A stretch of DNA of 64,000 nucleotides from Eremomyces bilateralis CBS 781.70 (Eukaryota). Position 1 is the first letter of the stretch, and each line of letters starts with the position of its first letter. The stretch lies in NCBI GenBank assembly GCA_010015585.1, contig ML975164.1; one strand, 5' to 3'. Made by a program: the position numbers and the translations under genes. Under the pieces are notes generated by a model. It worked only from the letters and a program-made list of their open reading frames with translations, had not been told where the DNA came from and did not search any database. Of this stretch, positions 62,706-64,000 are shown one piece after another.

Positions 62706-63607
62706 CGCTTCAGTGGTTTCCTTGACTGAGTCGATTTTCCGAGAGGTCTTTTGACCTGATGTAGCGGTTGATCAGGAGAAGGGCTTTGAGGAACAACCGC
62801 GAGGTGACTTTTGATAGCGAGGAACCCAGGGAATTCGCATCCGAAATACCTACTGAGGGGTCGCATTCATTTAACTAGATCGCAAAGTCAAAGCGGGATG
62901 CATGTGACGTGAGCAACTTCGGACTGGCACAAAGCATATGCCATAAGCGAGATACCAGGCATACCTTACCACATACCGCATAGGGATGTACAATGCCAGA
63001 TGGAGTAGTATCATTGGTATACTGATTGTAAAGTGACTAGGAAAGCAGACGAAAGACGCAACTAGGACTGAATTGAGAGGATGGATAGATAGGGTGCCGA
63101 GCTGTCGGAACTGGACAGCCTAGGATACTTAGTCGTGGGCATATTTCTTGCCCTCTATGAGGAGGTCATAGGCCAAGGACACTGAAAGCGGACTTTGAAG
63201 AACGATGAGAGGCTGGAAACTGGGGGTGTCTTCAAGGTATCAATTGCGCTCTGAGAGAGAGATACATATTAGATATGCGAAGAGACAGGGCTAAAGGAGA
63301 GAACCACTTAATCAGGAGTTGTGGACACTGGACAGTGGTTTTCTCTTGCCAAAGATACCTCTCCACAGCGGGGTCGTCCCGACTTGCAGCAAATCTATCT
63401 ACACTTCCGCAGATGGTGGCGATTTGCTGCTTGTTCGAGAATTATAGTGGTATGCTTGTGCCTCGTACCGATTACTAAGTTAAGTAAGTCGATTACCTAT
63501 TCTAGAAGGCATCGAGATTCGAGAATTGAGATGTCATTAAGATTTAAGACAGGAGTGTTGTTACTCCAAAGACTTAGGAGGGACTGAACTGCAGGACTCA
63601 AGGTTGG

Positions 63608-63859
63608 TACTACCCTCCGGGGGGGAAGAAATTGAGTTACGTTTCTTGGCATTCCCGCAACCATCACCACCATTACAGGCAGGCCCAATTCGCTCAAAAA
63701 CAACATAATACCAAAAAGTATACTCTTTTCCTAATTAAGCAACTACTAGAGGCCTGTTTTGGTGAATTCTCCGCCGCGTTCTGGTTAAGATCGTGGGAAC
63801 TATGCTTAGGGGAATGCCAAGAAACGTAACTCAATTTCTTCCCCCCCGGAGGTACTGTA
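63608..63859. mobile_element. MITE / non-autonomous DNA transposon derivative, probably Tc1/mariner superfamily
   Basis: Perfect 43-bp inverted repeat at 63614-63656 and 63810-63852 (CCTCCGGGGGGGAAGAAATTGAGTTACGTTTCTTGGCATTCCC). TA dinucleotides lie just outside both arms, and the right end reads TA-CAGT.. on the minus strand. The interior is short and AT-rich with no transposase ORF. Confidence 0.8.
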
Positions 63860-64000
63860 AATGACCCCGGCCATGTAAGCGCGCCACCACAGTCCACTAT
63901 GAGGCATGAGCGCGTCTTTCCCCAAGTCCCCCATCTTCCGGCCTTACCAGACTGTATTCAAAAACCGAGACGGCAGAACTACGAATAATGAGCAGGACCA

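Overview
This is intron-rich eukaryotic DNA from a filamentous ascomycete (Pezizomycotina, inferred from GT..CTRAC..AG introns of about 50-90 nt and three Zn2Cys6 transcription factors). It is mostly an ordinary housekeeping region. Genes in order: the 3' part of mitochondrial acyl carrier protein, VPS74, an orphan gene, a Zn2Cys6 TF, a JmjC/PHD histone demethylase (JHD1-like), SF3B6/p14, a nucleolar FKBP (FPR3/4), REV1, an AVO2-like ankyrin protein, a second Zn2Cys6 TF, STI1, a stand-alone tandem dihydroneopterin aldolase, UGP1, a hypothetical protein with an RE/RS-rich tail, tricalbin, a third Zn2Cys6 TF, a PTS1-bearing 4CL-like acyl-CoA ligase and an EthD-like protein. The window ends with a ~250-bp MITE-like element carrying a perfect 43-bp inverted repeat. 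I found no rRNA, tRNA or CRISPR array, and nothing here demonstrates a new biological system. The best leads are a recurrent C-rich then G-rich switch near the 3' ends of many genes, a candidate alternative first exon inside a UGP1 intron, a uORF or upstream exon of the second TF, a 111-codon open frame after the p14 stop, and the MITE. All gene models were spliced by hand and all family assignments come from motif recognition; no database searches were run.
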